Origin: Phycisphaeraceae bacterium
GTDB lineage: Bacteria; Planctomycetota; Phycisphaerae; Phycisphaerales; Phycisphaeraceae
Length of the DNA: 64,000 nt
Direction: 5' to 3'
Assembly (NCBI GenBank): GCA_963674705.1
Contig: OY771506.1
Span: 1,920,001 to 1,984,000, forward strand
Shown here: positions 41,913-51,880 of the stretch, in pieces
How the letters are laid out: each line of letters begins with the position of its first letter
How positions within the stretch are numbered: position 1 is the stretch's first letter
Position numbers and translations under genes: made by a program
The notes under the pieces: model-generated
What the model was told of the DNA's origin: nothing
Seen by the model: only the letters and a program-made list of their open reading frames with translations
Databases searched by the model: none

Positions 41913-41945
41913 ATTTAGCCCCACGTCGACGACCGGGGGCTAAAT
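41913..41945. repeat. 33-bp palindromic REP-like element between convergent genes
   Basis: ATTTAGCCCCACGTCGACGACCGGGGGCTAAAT; same ends as 40211-40268. Confidence 0.75.
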
Positions 41946-41956
41946 GTAATAGGAAT

Positions 41957-43567
41957 TTACGGCATCTGCCCCTTCGCTTCAGCTTCGCGACGAACGCGCG
42001 CCGCTTCTTCCCAGCTCATATCGACGTTACCACCGTATTCTCTGACCCATGCCTCACGTCGAGACATGCCTTCACCGCGCACCGCGTAAGGCGGTGGCGC
42101 GATCGGGTTATCCGAATGATTTTCGATGCCGGGCGGTAACGCTGCCTTCCAGCCTTGCGCTAATCGTTCAGCAAGTTCGTCGCGGATCGATTCGTACTCG
42201 GCATGGTCTGCAAGGTTTTCGATTTCGCGAGAATCTTTTTGGTAGTCGTAGAGTTCCTGCAGAAGCAGTTCGCCTGTCGCTTCGCGGGTCCATTCAACGT
42301 AGCGATAGCGATCGGTGCGGATCGCGTGGCCGTAGATATGATCGAGCATGCCGCGCGGCTGGCGCGTAAACACAGCCGACTTCCAGGGCCGATCCGGATC
42401 ATCAAGCAGCGGCACGACACTTGTGCCTTCGAGATATTCGGGTGCCGGCAGGCCGCAGAGTTCTACGAGCGTGGGATAAAGGTCGACCAGTTCGACAAAG
42501 GCTCTGCTTCGCGAGCCGTGCTTATCACTTCGGCCGTCCACGATAATCAGCGGGACGTGCAGCGCCGCTTCGTAGTTGGTTGTTTTCGACCAATGGTTCT
42601 GATCGCCGAGGTGGAAGCCGTGGTCGGAGGTGATGACGATGATGGTGTTATCCAACAGGTCTAGCTCATCTGCTTTGGCGACAAGATCACCTACCAGGTG
42701 ATCGATGAAACTGACGCACGCATAGTAAGCCTGCCTGGCTTCACGGGTGTACTGTGCGGAGAAGGGGCGCGTGCGGTCGTTGTGTTCCCATTTGTATTGA
42801 TCGAGCACGTAACGGTCGATCGTCCAGTCGGGTGCGCCCAACGGATGCAACGGGCTTTCCGGCAGCGGCACTTTTTCTACCGGATATAGATCGTAAAACT
42901 GCTTCGGTGCAACGAACGGCAGGTGCGGTTTATGAAAACCGACCGCGAAGAAGAAAGGTTGGTCTTGCTTCGCCGCCGTTTCGAGTGCTGACATCGCTTC
43001 GTTTGCGATCAGTGCGTCGCGGTGTACTTCGATTGTCGATCGAGAAGCTTCGAACGGTGGGCCGCCGGTGGATTTATCTTTCGTTGCTGCGTTTTCCGGG
43101 TTGAAGTATGTCTGCGCGTTTCCCTGGAACCACGGTTCGGACAGGCTCTCGAGGTCCTGGCCGTGATGCACTTTGCCGAAGTGTCGTGTGTAGTAGCCGT
43201 GCGACTTGAAGTATGCCGACACCGTCGGGTGTTTGGGCAAGACTTCCTGCACGAAGTATTCGCTGTAAGGATAATTCACGCCGGCCGTTTCGGGGCGCAG
43301 ACCGGTCAGGAAGCTTGCTCGCGATGCGGAGCAGACAGGCTGCTGCGTGTAAGCCCGTTCAAAAAGCATGCCTTGGTCGGCGAGCTTGTCGAGATTGGGC
43401 GTGACCATATTCTCGTGGCCATACGCGGTTATGGTTGTATTCAGGTCGTCAACGATGATAAACAATACGTTCGGCCGCTCTTGCTGTGCGGACAATGAAG
43501 AAGCGGTCAGCATCACACCGAGCGCGATACAAATCAGGCAGCGAAAAGAGAACATTACTTTTCTCAT
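41957..43567 (-). CDS. Formylglycine-dependent sulfatase (iduronate-2-sulfatase-like)
   Basis: NVLFIIVDDL, CSASRASFLTG, GKVHH, GFHKPHLP, SDHGFHLG. Confidence 0.93.
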   Translation of the reverse strand: MRKVMFSFRCLICIALGVMLTASSLSAQQERPNVLFIIVDDLNTTITAYGHENMVTPNLDKLADQGMLFERAYTQQPVCSASRASFLTGLRPETAGVNYPYSEYFVQEVLPKHPTVSAYFKSHGYYTRHFGKVHHGQDLESLSEPWFQGNAQTYFNPENAATKDKSTGGPPFEASRSTIEVHRDALIANEAMSALETAAKQDQPFFFAVGFHKPHLPFVAPKQFYDLYPVEKVPLPESPLHPLGAPDWTIDRYVLDQYKWEHNDRTRPFSAQYTREARQAYYACVSFIDHLVGDLVAKADELDLLDNTIIVITSDHGFHLGDQNHWSKTTNYEAALHVPLIIVDGRSDKHGSRSRAFVELVDLYPTLVELCGLPAPEYLEGTSVVPLLDDPDRPWKSAVFTRQPRGMLDHIYGHAIRTDRYRYVEWTREATGELLLQELYDYQKDSREIENLADHAEYESIRDELAERLAQGWKAALPPGIENHSDNPIAPPPYAVRGEGMSRREAWVREYGGNVDMSWEEAARVRREAEAKGQMP

Positions 43568-43615
43568 GAGATGCCCTTTGGTAATAAGTTGTCATGCATG
43601 TGAATCGAACGATGT

Positions 43616-43697
43616 TGGGCGCCACACTTTGACTGCTCAGCAGCAAAGTGTGCTTTTTTAGAACACACTTCGCCCTCCGGGACAAAGTGTGGCACCC
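43616..43697. repeat. 82-bp REP/MITE-like double-hairpin element, copy 2
   Basis: Gap-free alignment with 21226-21307. Confidence 0.85.
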
Positions 43698-43728
43698 ATT
43701 ACGGTGGGATTGTACTCACGCACAATAT

Positions 43729-44730
43729 TTACCCGACTGGCGTCCAATTATAAGGCACGTATTGATACGCAAAGCTGCCGTCGTCGTACAAGTCGATGAT
43801 GCCGTAGCCTTCTTCGCATTCATGCCAGTTGCCGCCCCACCAGGCGCCGCAGACTGCGCCGCCGCAGATGTACGTGATGTCGAGATACTCGACACGGTCG
43901 ACCAGGTGCATGTGGCCGCTCAGACACAGCTTGATGTTCTTGTGCTGGTAGAACAGGTCCTTGATGCGGTGCAGATCGGTGTGCATGAACTCGCCGGGGA
44001 TTTGCGTGCGTCCTTCCTTGAAAAAGTCTTCATCAAAGAACGGCGTCACCGCGACGATCGGGATGTGTGACACGAACAGGATAGGCGTATCGGGATTGAC
44101 GCTTGCAAGGTCCTTGCTAAGCCATTCGAACTGCTCTTCGTCGAGTTTCGCGATGTAGACCGCTTTAGGATTGGGATTCACTTGCGTGCTGTCGAGGATG
44201 ATGAAGTGCCAGCCCGCCTTATCGAAGCTGTAGTAAGGCTTATCAATACCGAATCGCTGCATCGCCCATTGCTTGCCCCAGAGTGGTTCTTCGCCGGTCG
44301 TTTTGCTTTTCTCTTTTTCCCAGCCCCAGATGTCGTGGTTACCGATGCAGTGCTTGACGGGTAGCGGCCAGTTCTCGCTCAGCACGCTATCCCAGAGATC
44401 CCAGAGTTCTTGTGTGCGTGCTTCATCCTGTGCCAGGGCGTCCATGATCGCGTCGCCGCCGGTGATCAGTAATTCCGGTGGGTCTTCAAGCGAGCGAGCG
44501 TGTTTCAACGCTGCTGCCATACCCAGGCCGCCACCCATCTCCGGCTTGACGTGGACGTCCGTCATGTGTGCGAAGCGTAGTACACGCTTCGGCGTCTTCC
44601 GGCTTGTCGATACAACTTCAGCTTCGGTTTCGTCGGCTTTTTGCAGAAGGATGGCGCCTGCCATCGCACCAGTCGACAGTTTGATCATGCTGCGTCGTGA
44701 GATATTGTGATCCATGAGATGTTCCTTCAA
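43729..44730 (-). CDS. Tat-exported calcineurin-like metallophosphoesterase
   Basis: SRRSMIK Tat motif; DVH, GGD, GNHD, SH and GHMH motifs. Confidence 0.9.
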   Translation of the reverse strand: MKEHLMDHNISRRSMIKLSTGAMAGAILLQKADETEAEVVSTSRKTPKRVLRFAHMTDVHVKPEMGGGLGMAAALKHARSLEDPPELLITGGDAIMDALAQDEARTQELWDLWDSVLSENWPLPVKHCIGNHDIWGWEKEKSKTTGEEPLWGKQWAMQRFGIDKPYYSFDKAGWHFIILDSTQVNPNPKAVYIAKLDEEQFEWLSKDLASVNPDTPILFVSHIPIVAVTPFFDEDFFKEGRTQIPGEFMHTDLHRIKDLFYQHKNIKLCLSGHMHLVDRVEYLDITYICGGAVCGAWWGGNWHECEEGYGIIDLYDDGSFAYQYVPYNWTPVG

Positions 44731-44786
44731 GTGCCCCCCGGAAGTGGAGGTGTTTGTGTTAATAATGGTGTGTCAAAGCTGATGTC

Positions 44787-45536
44787 TTACTTCGTCGGCG
44801 GACAGACAGATTCAAGAACAGGTGTGATGGTCTGGACCCATAGCTCGTAGCCCTTGGCGTTCATATGCAGCAGGTCCTGCTGGAAGAAGTCGGGCGACGG
44901 TGGCCCGCCGGGCGTAGGGGCGGATGCGAGGAATGGGGCAGGCGCATCGATGTAGTAGAGATTCTCGTGCTGCTGGGCGTATTTTTGGATCAAATCATTT
45001 GCGATGTGCATCTGTGGCCAGTGTTGCCAGCGTGATTCGGTTGGGGTGATGCCGATGAAAAAGATCGGGCCTTGGAACGGTTCGCTGCCGGTGCGCAGTA
45101 GATGGACGAACTGCTTGTAATCTTCAAAGACTTCCTGCCCGCTCTTACCGCCGTTGACATCGTTGCTGCCTTCAAACACGACCACCGCGGCGGGGTGGTA
45201 CGGCAAGACGATCTGTTCGGTATAAAGATTCGCATCGGCGAAGGATGATCCGCCGAAGCCGCGCTGGATGACATCGTATTGCGGGAAGTCTTCATGCAGT
45301 GTGTTCCACAAGCGGATGCTCGAACTGCCGATGAACAGGATCGCGTTTTCAGGCGGGGGGGCTTTGGCATCCTGCTGAACCCAGGCATCGATCACAGGCT
45401 GGAACCGGTTCGCCGGCTGAGGTTCCGGTTGTGGCCTTGTCTGCGGCGCGGATCGGCAGGAGATCAGCGAGGGGAGGATCAACATGCCTGCCAACACGAG
45501 AATGAAGTCGTTCCGGGCCATGGATCTTGCCTCCAC
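44787..45536 (-). CDS. SGNH/GDSL hydrolase lipoprotein
   Basis: Lipobox-like LISC; GSSSI, RGFGGS, GSND, DLLH. Confidence 0.85.
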   Translation of the reverse strand: MEARSMARNDFILVLAGMLILPSLISCRSAPQTRPQPEPQPANRFQPVIDAWVQQDAKAPPPENAILFIGSSSIRLWNTLHEDFPQYDVIQRGFGGSSFADANLYTEQIVLPYHPAAVVVFEGSNDVNGGKSGQEVFEDYKQFVHLLRTGSEPFQGPIFFIGITPTESRWQHWPQMHIANDLIQKYAQQHENLYYIDAPAPFLASAPTPGGPPSPDFFQQDLLHMNAKGYELWVQTITPVLESVCPPTK

Positions 45537-45775
45537 TATCTATATAGATGGCCAACTTACCTGGCTGTTGGCACGCCTGATTCACATCGCGATTGAGTGC
45601 GGGAAACGGTTCTGACGGCGTCTCGAATCGCTGCTTCAAGGCCAACGAATCTATAATGTAAACGATTCAAAAACAAGCATAAATCGCCAAAATTAATCGA
45701 AAAAAATACATTATTAATATCATAATTACTTAATAATCAACAATTTGTAAATTTAATCCCTACGTCTTGTTTTTG

Positions 45776-45803
45776 TTGACAACGATATCCTGATTGGTAC
45801 AAT
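45776..45803 (+). promoter_or_regulatory. Sigma70-type promoter for the LacI gene
   Basis: TTGACA-N16-TACAAT with AT-rich upstream DNA, 66 nt before the start. Confidence 0.6.
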
Positions 45804-45869
45804 GCGGGCGTTGAGATTGGCAGAAATGAAATCGTAATTATTTGGATCGATCGTAGGCCGGAGGGCCCC

Positions 45870-46904
45870 TTGGCAACCACCATCGCTCAAATCGCACAAG
45901 CCGCCGGCGTTTCTGTCGGGACGGTTTCCCGTGTGCTCAACGGCAAGGGGGAATCGAGCCGGCCCGCGGCGGCGCGACGCGCGCAGGAGATCCGGCGGAT
46001 CGCGCGTGAGTATGGGTATCGGCCAAACCTCGCGGCGCGCAACGTTCGCAACGGCCGATTCGGTGCGGTCGCGTTCCTGAGCTGTTCGGATATCGGCGCC
46101 GATGTTTTTGAACTGCCGGTGCTGCACGGCATCCAGTCCGAACTCATGCCGTTGAACCTTCGGCTGACCATGTGCGAGCTGACCAAGGCCGCCTTCGAGC
46201 GTCCACATACGATCCCGCACGTCTTCCGTGAGTCTTCGGTGGACGGCGTGATGATCGATTACCTCTTCGATGTGCCCAGCCAGGTGACGGAGTTGATCCG
46301 TGACAGCCACGTACCCGTGGTCTGGCTGAACCGTAAGCGTGAGTTGGATTGTGTCTACCCGGACGACTTCGAGGGTGGGCGCATGGCGACGCGGCATCTG
46401 ATTCAGATGGGGCACAAGAAGCTGGCATTCATCAGTTATCACGAGGCCGACGGCTTCAATCACTACAGCGTGTTCGATCGCAGTGATGGTTTTGCTTCGG
46501 CGATGTTTGAAGCCGGGCTCAAACCCGTTGCTAATGAGATGACGGAAGGGTTCACGCTTGGCCGTGCACCGGAACGGGCGATGCGTTTGTTGAATCGGCC
46601 CGACCGTCCGACGGCTGTGGTGTGCTATGAAAAGCACGAAGCGGTCGCGATGTGGACGGCGGCTGCGGCGCTTGGTATCCGCGTCCCCGAAGAGTTATCA
46701 ATTATCGCGTTCAGTAATGATCGTATCCGTAACCAGACGGGTTTACCTGTCACCACGATGATTGTTCCGTTTAAGGAAGTTGGCCGTCAGGCGGTTTACA
46801 TGCTCAATCGCGCCATCGAGCAGGGCATCGAGGAGCAGCCGGCGCGGCCAATCCAGTATGAGTTAGACGAGGCGACAAGAAGTTGTGCGCCGCCTTCTGA
46901 ATGA
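45870..46904 (+). CDS. LacI-family transcriptional regulator
   Basis: TIAQIAQAAGVSVGTVSRVLN HTH, YRPN hinge, VPEELSII. Confidence 0.95.
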   Translation: MATTIAQIAQAAGVSVGTVSRVLNGKGESSRPAAARRAQEIRRIAREYGYRPNLAARNVRNGRFGAVAFLSCSDIGADVFELPVLHGIQSELMPLNLRLTMCELTKAAFERPHTIPHVFRESSVDGVMIDYLFDVPSQVTELIRDSHVPVVWLNRKRELDCVYPDDFEGGRMATRHLIQMGHKKLAFISYHEADGFNHYSVFDRSDGFASAMFEAGLKPVANEMTEGFTLGRAPERAMRLLNRPDRPTAVVCYEKHEAVAMWTAAAALGIRVPEELSIIAFSNDRIRNQTGLPVTTMIVPFKEVGRQAVYMLNRAIEQGIEEQPARPIQYELDEATRSCAPPSE

Positions 46905-47055
46905 GTGCACGTATTCGGCCGTTTTAACTCGGCACGCGTGTGTCGAGGGCAAAGCGGCGTCTGTTTTGAACGGATCACACTGTGAACAGCCGGCAGGACT
47001 TCGAGTGTCTACGAGGGCCAAACCCGGCGCACCATGCATGAGGAGGAGATGAATC

Positions 47056-47700
47056 ATGATTCGTAAGACTTTTGCCATGTTAGCCATATTGGCGTTGCCC
47101 GCAGCGGCGTCCGCCGGCGTGCTCGACGCCTCGTTCGAGTCGGCGCCCGCTGACTTTGACGGCTGGGAAATGTCAGGCGCCCGTGTTGCGGGCGATGCCG
47201 GCACGATCGGTGTCACTGACGGCGTGCAAAGCCTCGCGCTGACACTCAGCGGTGACGGGTTTGCCTGGGATATCAGGTCGTTCTACGACGCCGCCGCGAT
47301 GAGTGCCGCGGTTGCAGGCGGCGGCACGTTCGAATTCGACGTGACCTACGACACATCGAGCATCCCGCAGAGCGCCGTTTCCTTCCTGAATCTGTCCATC
47401 TACGCCGATGGTGGCTTGTCGCCGTGGGCGCAGAAAAACAGCCTGGCGACGACCAACGGCACGACGAACGAAACGATCCACATTGCGCTGTCGCTTGTCG
47501 ATGACCTTAAATTCGTGACCGGCGATAGCTGGTACAAGATTGGGATCGGGTTCAACGGCGACTGGGTCGACGACCTCGATCCGCGCAACACCACTGACGC
47601 AACCGTTTATATAGACAACGTTGTTATCACCCCTGAGCCCGCTTCGCTAGCGCTGCTCGGCCTGGGGGGGTTGGCGATCGCCAGCCGACGTCGCGCCTGA
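47056..47700 (+). CDS. PEP-CTERM surface protein with a beta-sandwich (CBM-like) domain
   Basis: AGGAGG RBS; signal peptide; [23 protein letters not shown] tail. Confidence 0.88.
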   Translation: MIRKTFAMLAILALPAAASAGVLDASFESAPADFDGWEMSGARVAGDAGTIGVTDGVQSLALTLSGDGFAWDIRSFYDAAAMSAAVAGGGTFEFDVTYDTSSIPQSAVSFLNLSIYADGGLSPWAQKNSLATTNGTTNETIHIALSLVDDLKFVTGDSWYKIGIGFNGDWVDDLDPRNTTDATVYIDNVVITPEPASLALLGLGGLAIASRRRA

Positions 47701-47716
47701 ACGATTAGACACCACG

Positions 47717-47751
47717 CTCCCGGCTGGTGAAAGCCGACCGGGAGTTTTGTT
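47717..47751 (+). terminator. Intrinsic terminator or stabilising hairpin
   Basis: CTCCCGG...GAAA...CCGGGAG followed by TTTTGTT. Confidence 0.6.
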
Positions 47752-47824
47752 GAAAAAACACGCACACGTATACCCGGCTATGCGGCCTGACAGCTCGCAT
47801 GTGTCCGGTGCTTGGAGGCACAAC

Positions 47825-48625
47825 ATGACCCGTCGAAGTGGTTTTACACTTATCGAATTACTCGTCGTCATTTCCATCATCGCGCTGCTGGTGGGTATTT
47901 TGCTGCCGGCGCTCGGCGCTGCGCGCAGGTCGGCACAAAGACTTCATGATCTGAGCAACCTCCGACAGTTCAACGTCGCGCACACGACCTGGGCCGTCGA
48001 CCACAAAGGCAAGCTGCCACAGGCGTCCACTTACAGCAACGCCGCGAATGCCTCGCTTAACGGCTGGTACCGTTTCGATCTGTTCAAGGAAATGACTGAC
48101 GGCTACGGACTGCCGCTGCAGGCTTTCGGCTGTATCAGTTACGACGAGTTAACCAATGAGTACGTCGAAGGGCTTAGGGAAGACAACACCACAGAACGAA
48201 TCTGGATCCACTGGATGTATTACGGCGGATTGAACGTCACCGCCGGGCCTAAAACACCCAACCCCGGCGGGATACAGATCGACATCGAGACCAAGGAAGA
48301 GTTTAACTTCCCCGCCACGATGGATGATGTCTGTGACAGTGAGATGCTGGCGGTTTGTTCTCACGGCATGACCAACCAGTCATGGGGCAGTTGGCTGCCG
48401 CACCTGAACGGGACCAATGAACGACTGGAGAAAGACAGCGGCAAGCTGTTTATCACACCCAGCCGCGTTCCGGTCTGGGACCGTTACCCGAAACAGTACA
48501 AGCCGGACGGTGTGAACGCTTCGTATCGCGACGGTTCGGCACATTGGATCGAAACCGACGATCTGGCGGTCTTCAGCCCGAAGAACTCCGGCATCACCAT
48601 GTACTTCTATGACAAACAGAAATAA
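47825..48625 (+). CDS. Prepilin-type N-methylation domain protein (DUF1559/H-X9-DG-like)
   Basis: [35 protein letters not shown]-terminal [11 protein letters not shown]. Confidence 0.88.
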   Translation: MTRRSGFTLIELLVVISIIALLVGILLPALGAARRSAQRLHDLSNLRQFNVAHTTWAVDHKGKLPQASTYSNAANASLNGWYRFDLFKEMTDGYGLPLQAFGCISYDELTNEYVEGLREDNTTERIWIHWMYYGGLNVTAGPKTPNPGGIQIDIETKEEFNFPATMDDVCDSEMLAVCSHGMTNQSWGSWLPHLNGTNERLEKDSGKLFITPSRVPVWDRYPKQYKPDGVNASYRDGSAHWIETDDLAVFSPKNSGITMYFYDKQK

Positions 48626-48670
48626 TGAGCCTTTCCGGAAACTAAAGCGTTCGTATAACGCAATCAGAAT

Positions 48671-50305
48671 ATGATGCACGCACATCAACACTGGAGGATG
48701 ATTGTGATGAGAACACGATGGACACTCACGGCGGCCTGCCTGATACTCGGGCTGGTCGCCACCAGCCCCGCGCTGGCGGTATCAACCTATTCACCCAGTC
48801 AGGCTGACCTGTATGACATTGTCGACGTGACCCTTGACTGGGGCGGCGGCGGGTCTTTGTATACCGGCGGCGGCACCGCTTATGGATTGGTCGGTTCTGA
48901 CGGCGTTCGTTATGACATGGACTTCTCACCACTGGCGCCCCCGGCCGGTGATGGTTTCTCCCGCGTGGTACTTGCAAACAACAGTTTCAACGTCGATCTG
49001 ACCGGTTACGACCGGTTCGATATCCTGTTTACGTCTGAAACCCTTGAGGAGATGAAGGTCAAGACCTACATCAACACCGGCAGCACCGGTTTCTATCAGA
49101 GCGAGTTGACCTCCGTATTTGTAGATGACTACGAACCTACCCGGATCACAATCGATCTTTCGACCGTCGACAATCTCGATGACGTGCGCGGCTTCGGCAT
49201 CCAGATGCTTGTGCCGGGCAGCCCCATCGCGTATGCACAAACAGCGCTCGTGCAGACCGCGCCGCCTTACGTCGAAACCAAGATGGTCGAGGTCCTCAAG
49301 ATCGATTCATTTGAACGCACGGAACTGGCGACCGGGGCCGACGGCGACGGCTGGGCGCACTTCGGCTTCGTGCCCGGACCGACCGAATCCAACACGACCT
49401 TCGTCTCCACCACTGTCGGCGCGACCGACGGAACCTATGCCGGTAAAATCGTCCGTGCCGGCGGCGCGAACTCAACCTTCAAGTGGGGGATGGAACGCGT
49501 CTGGACATCCACTGGCGACGACAGGCCAGTCCCTGCCGATGCGGACTTCGACGACCCGGACGACACCGCCGTCCCCACAATCACGCAGGAAGAAGTGGAA
49601 CTGACCGCGGCCGCATTCAACGAGGCGACGCACATCGCTTTTGATGTGACCTATGACACCGCGGACTTTGGCCCGGAAGTGACATACGCCAAGCTCGCCA
49701 TCGTCATCAACGACAGCACCGGCGCGTGGTATCAGAAGGGCGGCGACCTGGCGTTCGTGAACCCGCAATACCTGGACCCGGGCACGACGACGCTTCACAT
49801 TGAAATGCCGTTGACGCAACTGCTCGCGGGTAGCAGCAGCAGTTATGTGCCGTTGGGCACGCCGTTCCAAGGCATCTTCATGGGCGGCGAAAACCCGGAA
49901 GACCCGGAAGGTGATCCGCTGCCGCCTTCCGACCTGATCGTGCTTGGTTTTGCGACCATCATCGGCGATGAGAACAACAACTCCGTCGCCGGCGCCGCGA
50001 TCATCGACAACCTCAGACTTCTCAAGAAAATCGCGGTTTCCGATATCCCCGGTGATTTAAACAACGACGGTTTCGTCGGCCTGGACGATCTGGACATCGT
50101 ACTGTCTAACTGGAACCAGAACGTCGCGGTCGGCGACCTGACAGCCGGCGATGCGACTGATGACGGGTACGTCGGTCTGGGCGATCTGGATATCATCCTG
50201 AACAACTGGAACGCCGGGACGCCGCCCGCGAACGTGGTGCCCGAACCGGCTGCCGTGATGTCGCTGCTCGTGCTGGGAAGCACGCTGGCCTGCCGCCGGC
50301 GCTAG
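48671..50305 (+). CDS. PEP-CTERM surface protein with beta-sandwich domains and a dockerin-like repeat pair
   Basis: Signal peptide (likely start 48707); two GDxxxDGxVGLxDLDI..NWN repeats; VPEP..RRR tail. Confidence 0.85.
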   Translation: MMHAHQHWRMIVMRTRWTLTAACLILGLVATSPALAVSTYSPSQADLYDIVDVTLDWGGGGSLYTGGGTAYGLVGSDGVRYDMDFSPLAPPAGDGFSRVVLANNSFNVDLTGYDRFDILFTSETLEEMKVKTYINTGSTGFYQSELTSVFVDDYEPTRITIDLSTVDNLDDVRGFGIQMLVPGSPIAYAQTALVQTAPPYVETKMVEVLKIDSFERTELATGADGDGWAHFGFVPGPTESNTTFVSTTVGATDGTYAGKIVRAGGANSTFKWGMERVWTSTGDDRPVPADADFDDPDDTAVPTITQEEVELTAAAFNEATHIAFDVTYDTADFGPEVTYAKLAIVINDSTGAWYQKGGDLAFVNPQYLDPGTTTLHIEMPLTQLLAGSSSSYVPLGTPFQGIFMGGENPEDPEGDPLPPSDLIVLGFATIIGDENNNSVAGAAIIDNLRLLKKIAVSDIPGDLNNDGFVGLDDLDIVLSNWNQNVAVGDLTAGDATDDGYVGLGDLDIILNNWNAGTPPANVVPEPAAVMSLLVLGSTLACRRR

Positions 50306-50429
50306 CACGTCACAGTGCGTTTGGTTAAGTTACTTTGACACCGCCCCGCCTGACAGCGCGGCGGTGCCTTTCAAGACGGGGTCGGCCCGTCTGGTTTCAA
50401 GTTTTTTTTTGAACACTTGGGTTGTGAAC

Positions 50430-51848
50430 ATGCGTCGACGGATTGGCTCGGGTTTGTTACCGATGATGGCTTGTGTTCTCGCCATGCACACCCCGTTGAT
50501 GGCTGAGACTGCTGCGGACACCGAGACCGAGCCGCAAAAAGAATTGACCGCTGAAAAAGAAATGGCTGACCTGTTATCCGCAAAGGTCGACCTGCAGACC
50601 AAGGAGCAGGACCTGCGCGCCGTCGCCGAGGCGATGCGTCACGAGGCGCTGTTGCTAACTTCGGTTTCCGAGATGCTCGACGGCGCAGCCGACTACCTTG
50701 ACCAGGCGGCGGTGTCTGTCGAGTCGTCGATCGAGGCGGTGCAGTCCGTTCGTAAGCAGGTGCCGAAGTTCGGCGAGGCGGTGTCCGATGCACGCTTCAG
50801 TCATATGACGCGCGGCGTAAACATGAGCCATTGGTTCTCGCAATCCGATGATGGGCAATATGACCCGGACTTCCTGAAGTCGAAGTACACCCGAAAAGAC
50901 TTCGACCTGATCCGGAGCATGGGATTCCGACACGTGCGGTTCCCTTTTGATCAATCGGTTTTATTTAATCCGAACGAGCCCGCGGAACTGAAGCCGGACT
51001 ATATCGAACTCTACCTGGCGAAGCTGGATGAAATGCTGGATGCCGACCTTGCGGTGATCGTTGTCATCCAGCCCAGTTATGGATTCAAGCAACAATTGCT
51101 CGACCCGGCGTTTGAACAGAAGGTGGCGACGTTCTGGCAGGCGCTGGCGTCTCGGTTGAGCAACCGAGACCCGGACCGTGTTTATCTGGAAGTTCTCAAT
51201 GAGCCGGCTCTGATGGAAACGGCGCAGTGGCGTCCGATCCAATGGCGCTTGCTGCAGGCGATGCGCGCCGGTGCGCCGGACCACACGTTGATTGCATCGG
51301 GCGGCAATTACTCCGGGCCGGAAGATTTGCTGAAGCTCGAACCTTACGCGGACCGCAACATCGTCTACAACTGGCATTACTACAAGCCGTTCGCATTTAC
51401 GCATCAAGGCGCGGCATGGGGCAAAGATACCTGGGCGAAGATGGCGGACATCCCGTGGCCTATGGATATCTCGGGCGTCCGCAAGGCGCTCGATGCGATC
51501 AAAGAACACGAGGTACGCATGGATATCCTGGGCACAACCTGGACGCGCGGCTCCGAAGCGTATCTGCGCAGCGACCTGCAGCGTGTCGCGGACTGGGCGG
51601 CGAACTATGGCACACGCGTCACCGCAAACGAGCTGGGCGTCTACACGCTCAAGGCCGACCGCGAATCGCGTCTGCGCTGGCACCACGTGGTGACATCAAC
51701 GCTCGACGATCTGGGTATCGGCTGGGCGATTTGGGATTACAGCGGGGGGTTTGATGTGGTGAAGAATATCGATGGCAAGCGCGTGCCGGATGAGCAGATG
51801 CTCGAAGCATTAGGCATGTCGCCATCCGGACAAGCCCCGCAGCAATAG
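50430..51848 (+). CDS. GH5 glycoside hydrolase
   Basis: RGVNMSHWF, GFRHVRFP, EVLNEP (acid/base), HYYKP, NELG (nucleophile), WAIWDY. Confidence 0.9.
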   Translation: MRRRIGSGLLPMMACVLAMHTPLMAETAADTETEPQKELTAEKEMADLLSAKVDLQTKEQDLRAVAEAMRHEALLLTSVSEMLDGAADYLDQAAVSVESSIEAVQSVRKQVPKFGEAVSDARFSHMTRGVNMSHWFSQSDDGQYDPDFLKSKYTRKDFDLIRSMGFRHVRFPFDQSVLFNPNEPAELKPDYIELYLAKLDEMLDADLAVIVVIQPSYGFKQQLLDPAFEQKVATFWQALASRLSNRDPDRVYLEVLNEPALMETAQWRPIQWRLLQAMRAGAPDHTLIASGGNYSGPEDLLKLEPYADRNIVYNWHYYKPFAFTHQGAAWGKDTWAKMADIPWPMDISGVRKALDAIKEHEVRMDILGTTWTRGSEAYLRSDLQRVADWAANYGTRVTANELGVYTLKADRESRLRWHHVVTSTLDDLGIGWAIWDYSGGFDVVKNIDGKRVPDEQMLEALGMSPSGQAPQQ

Positions 51849-51880
51849 GTATCGAAACATAGTTACGAACGTAAAACGTT

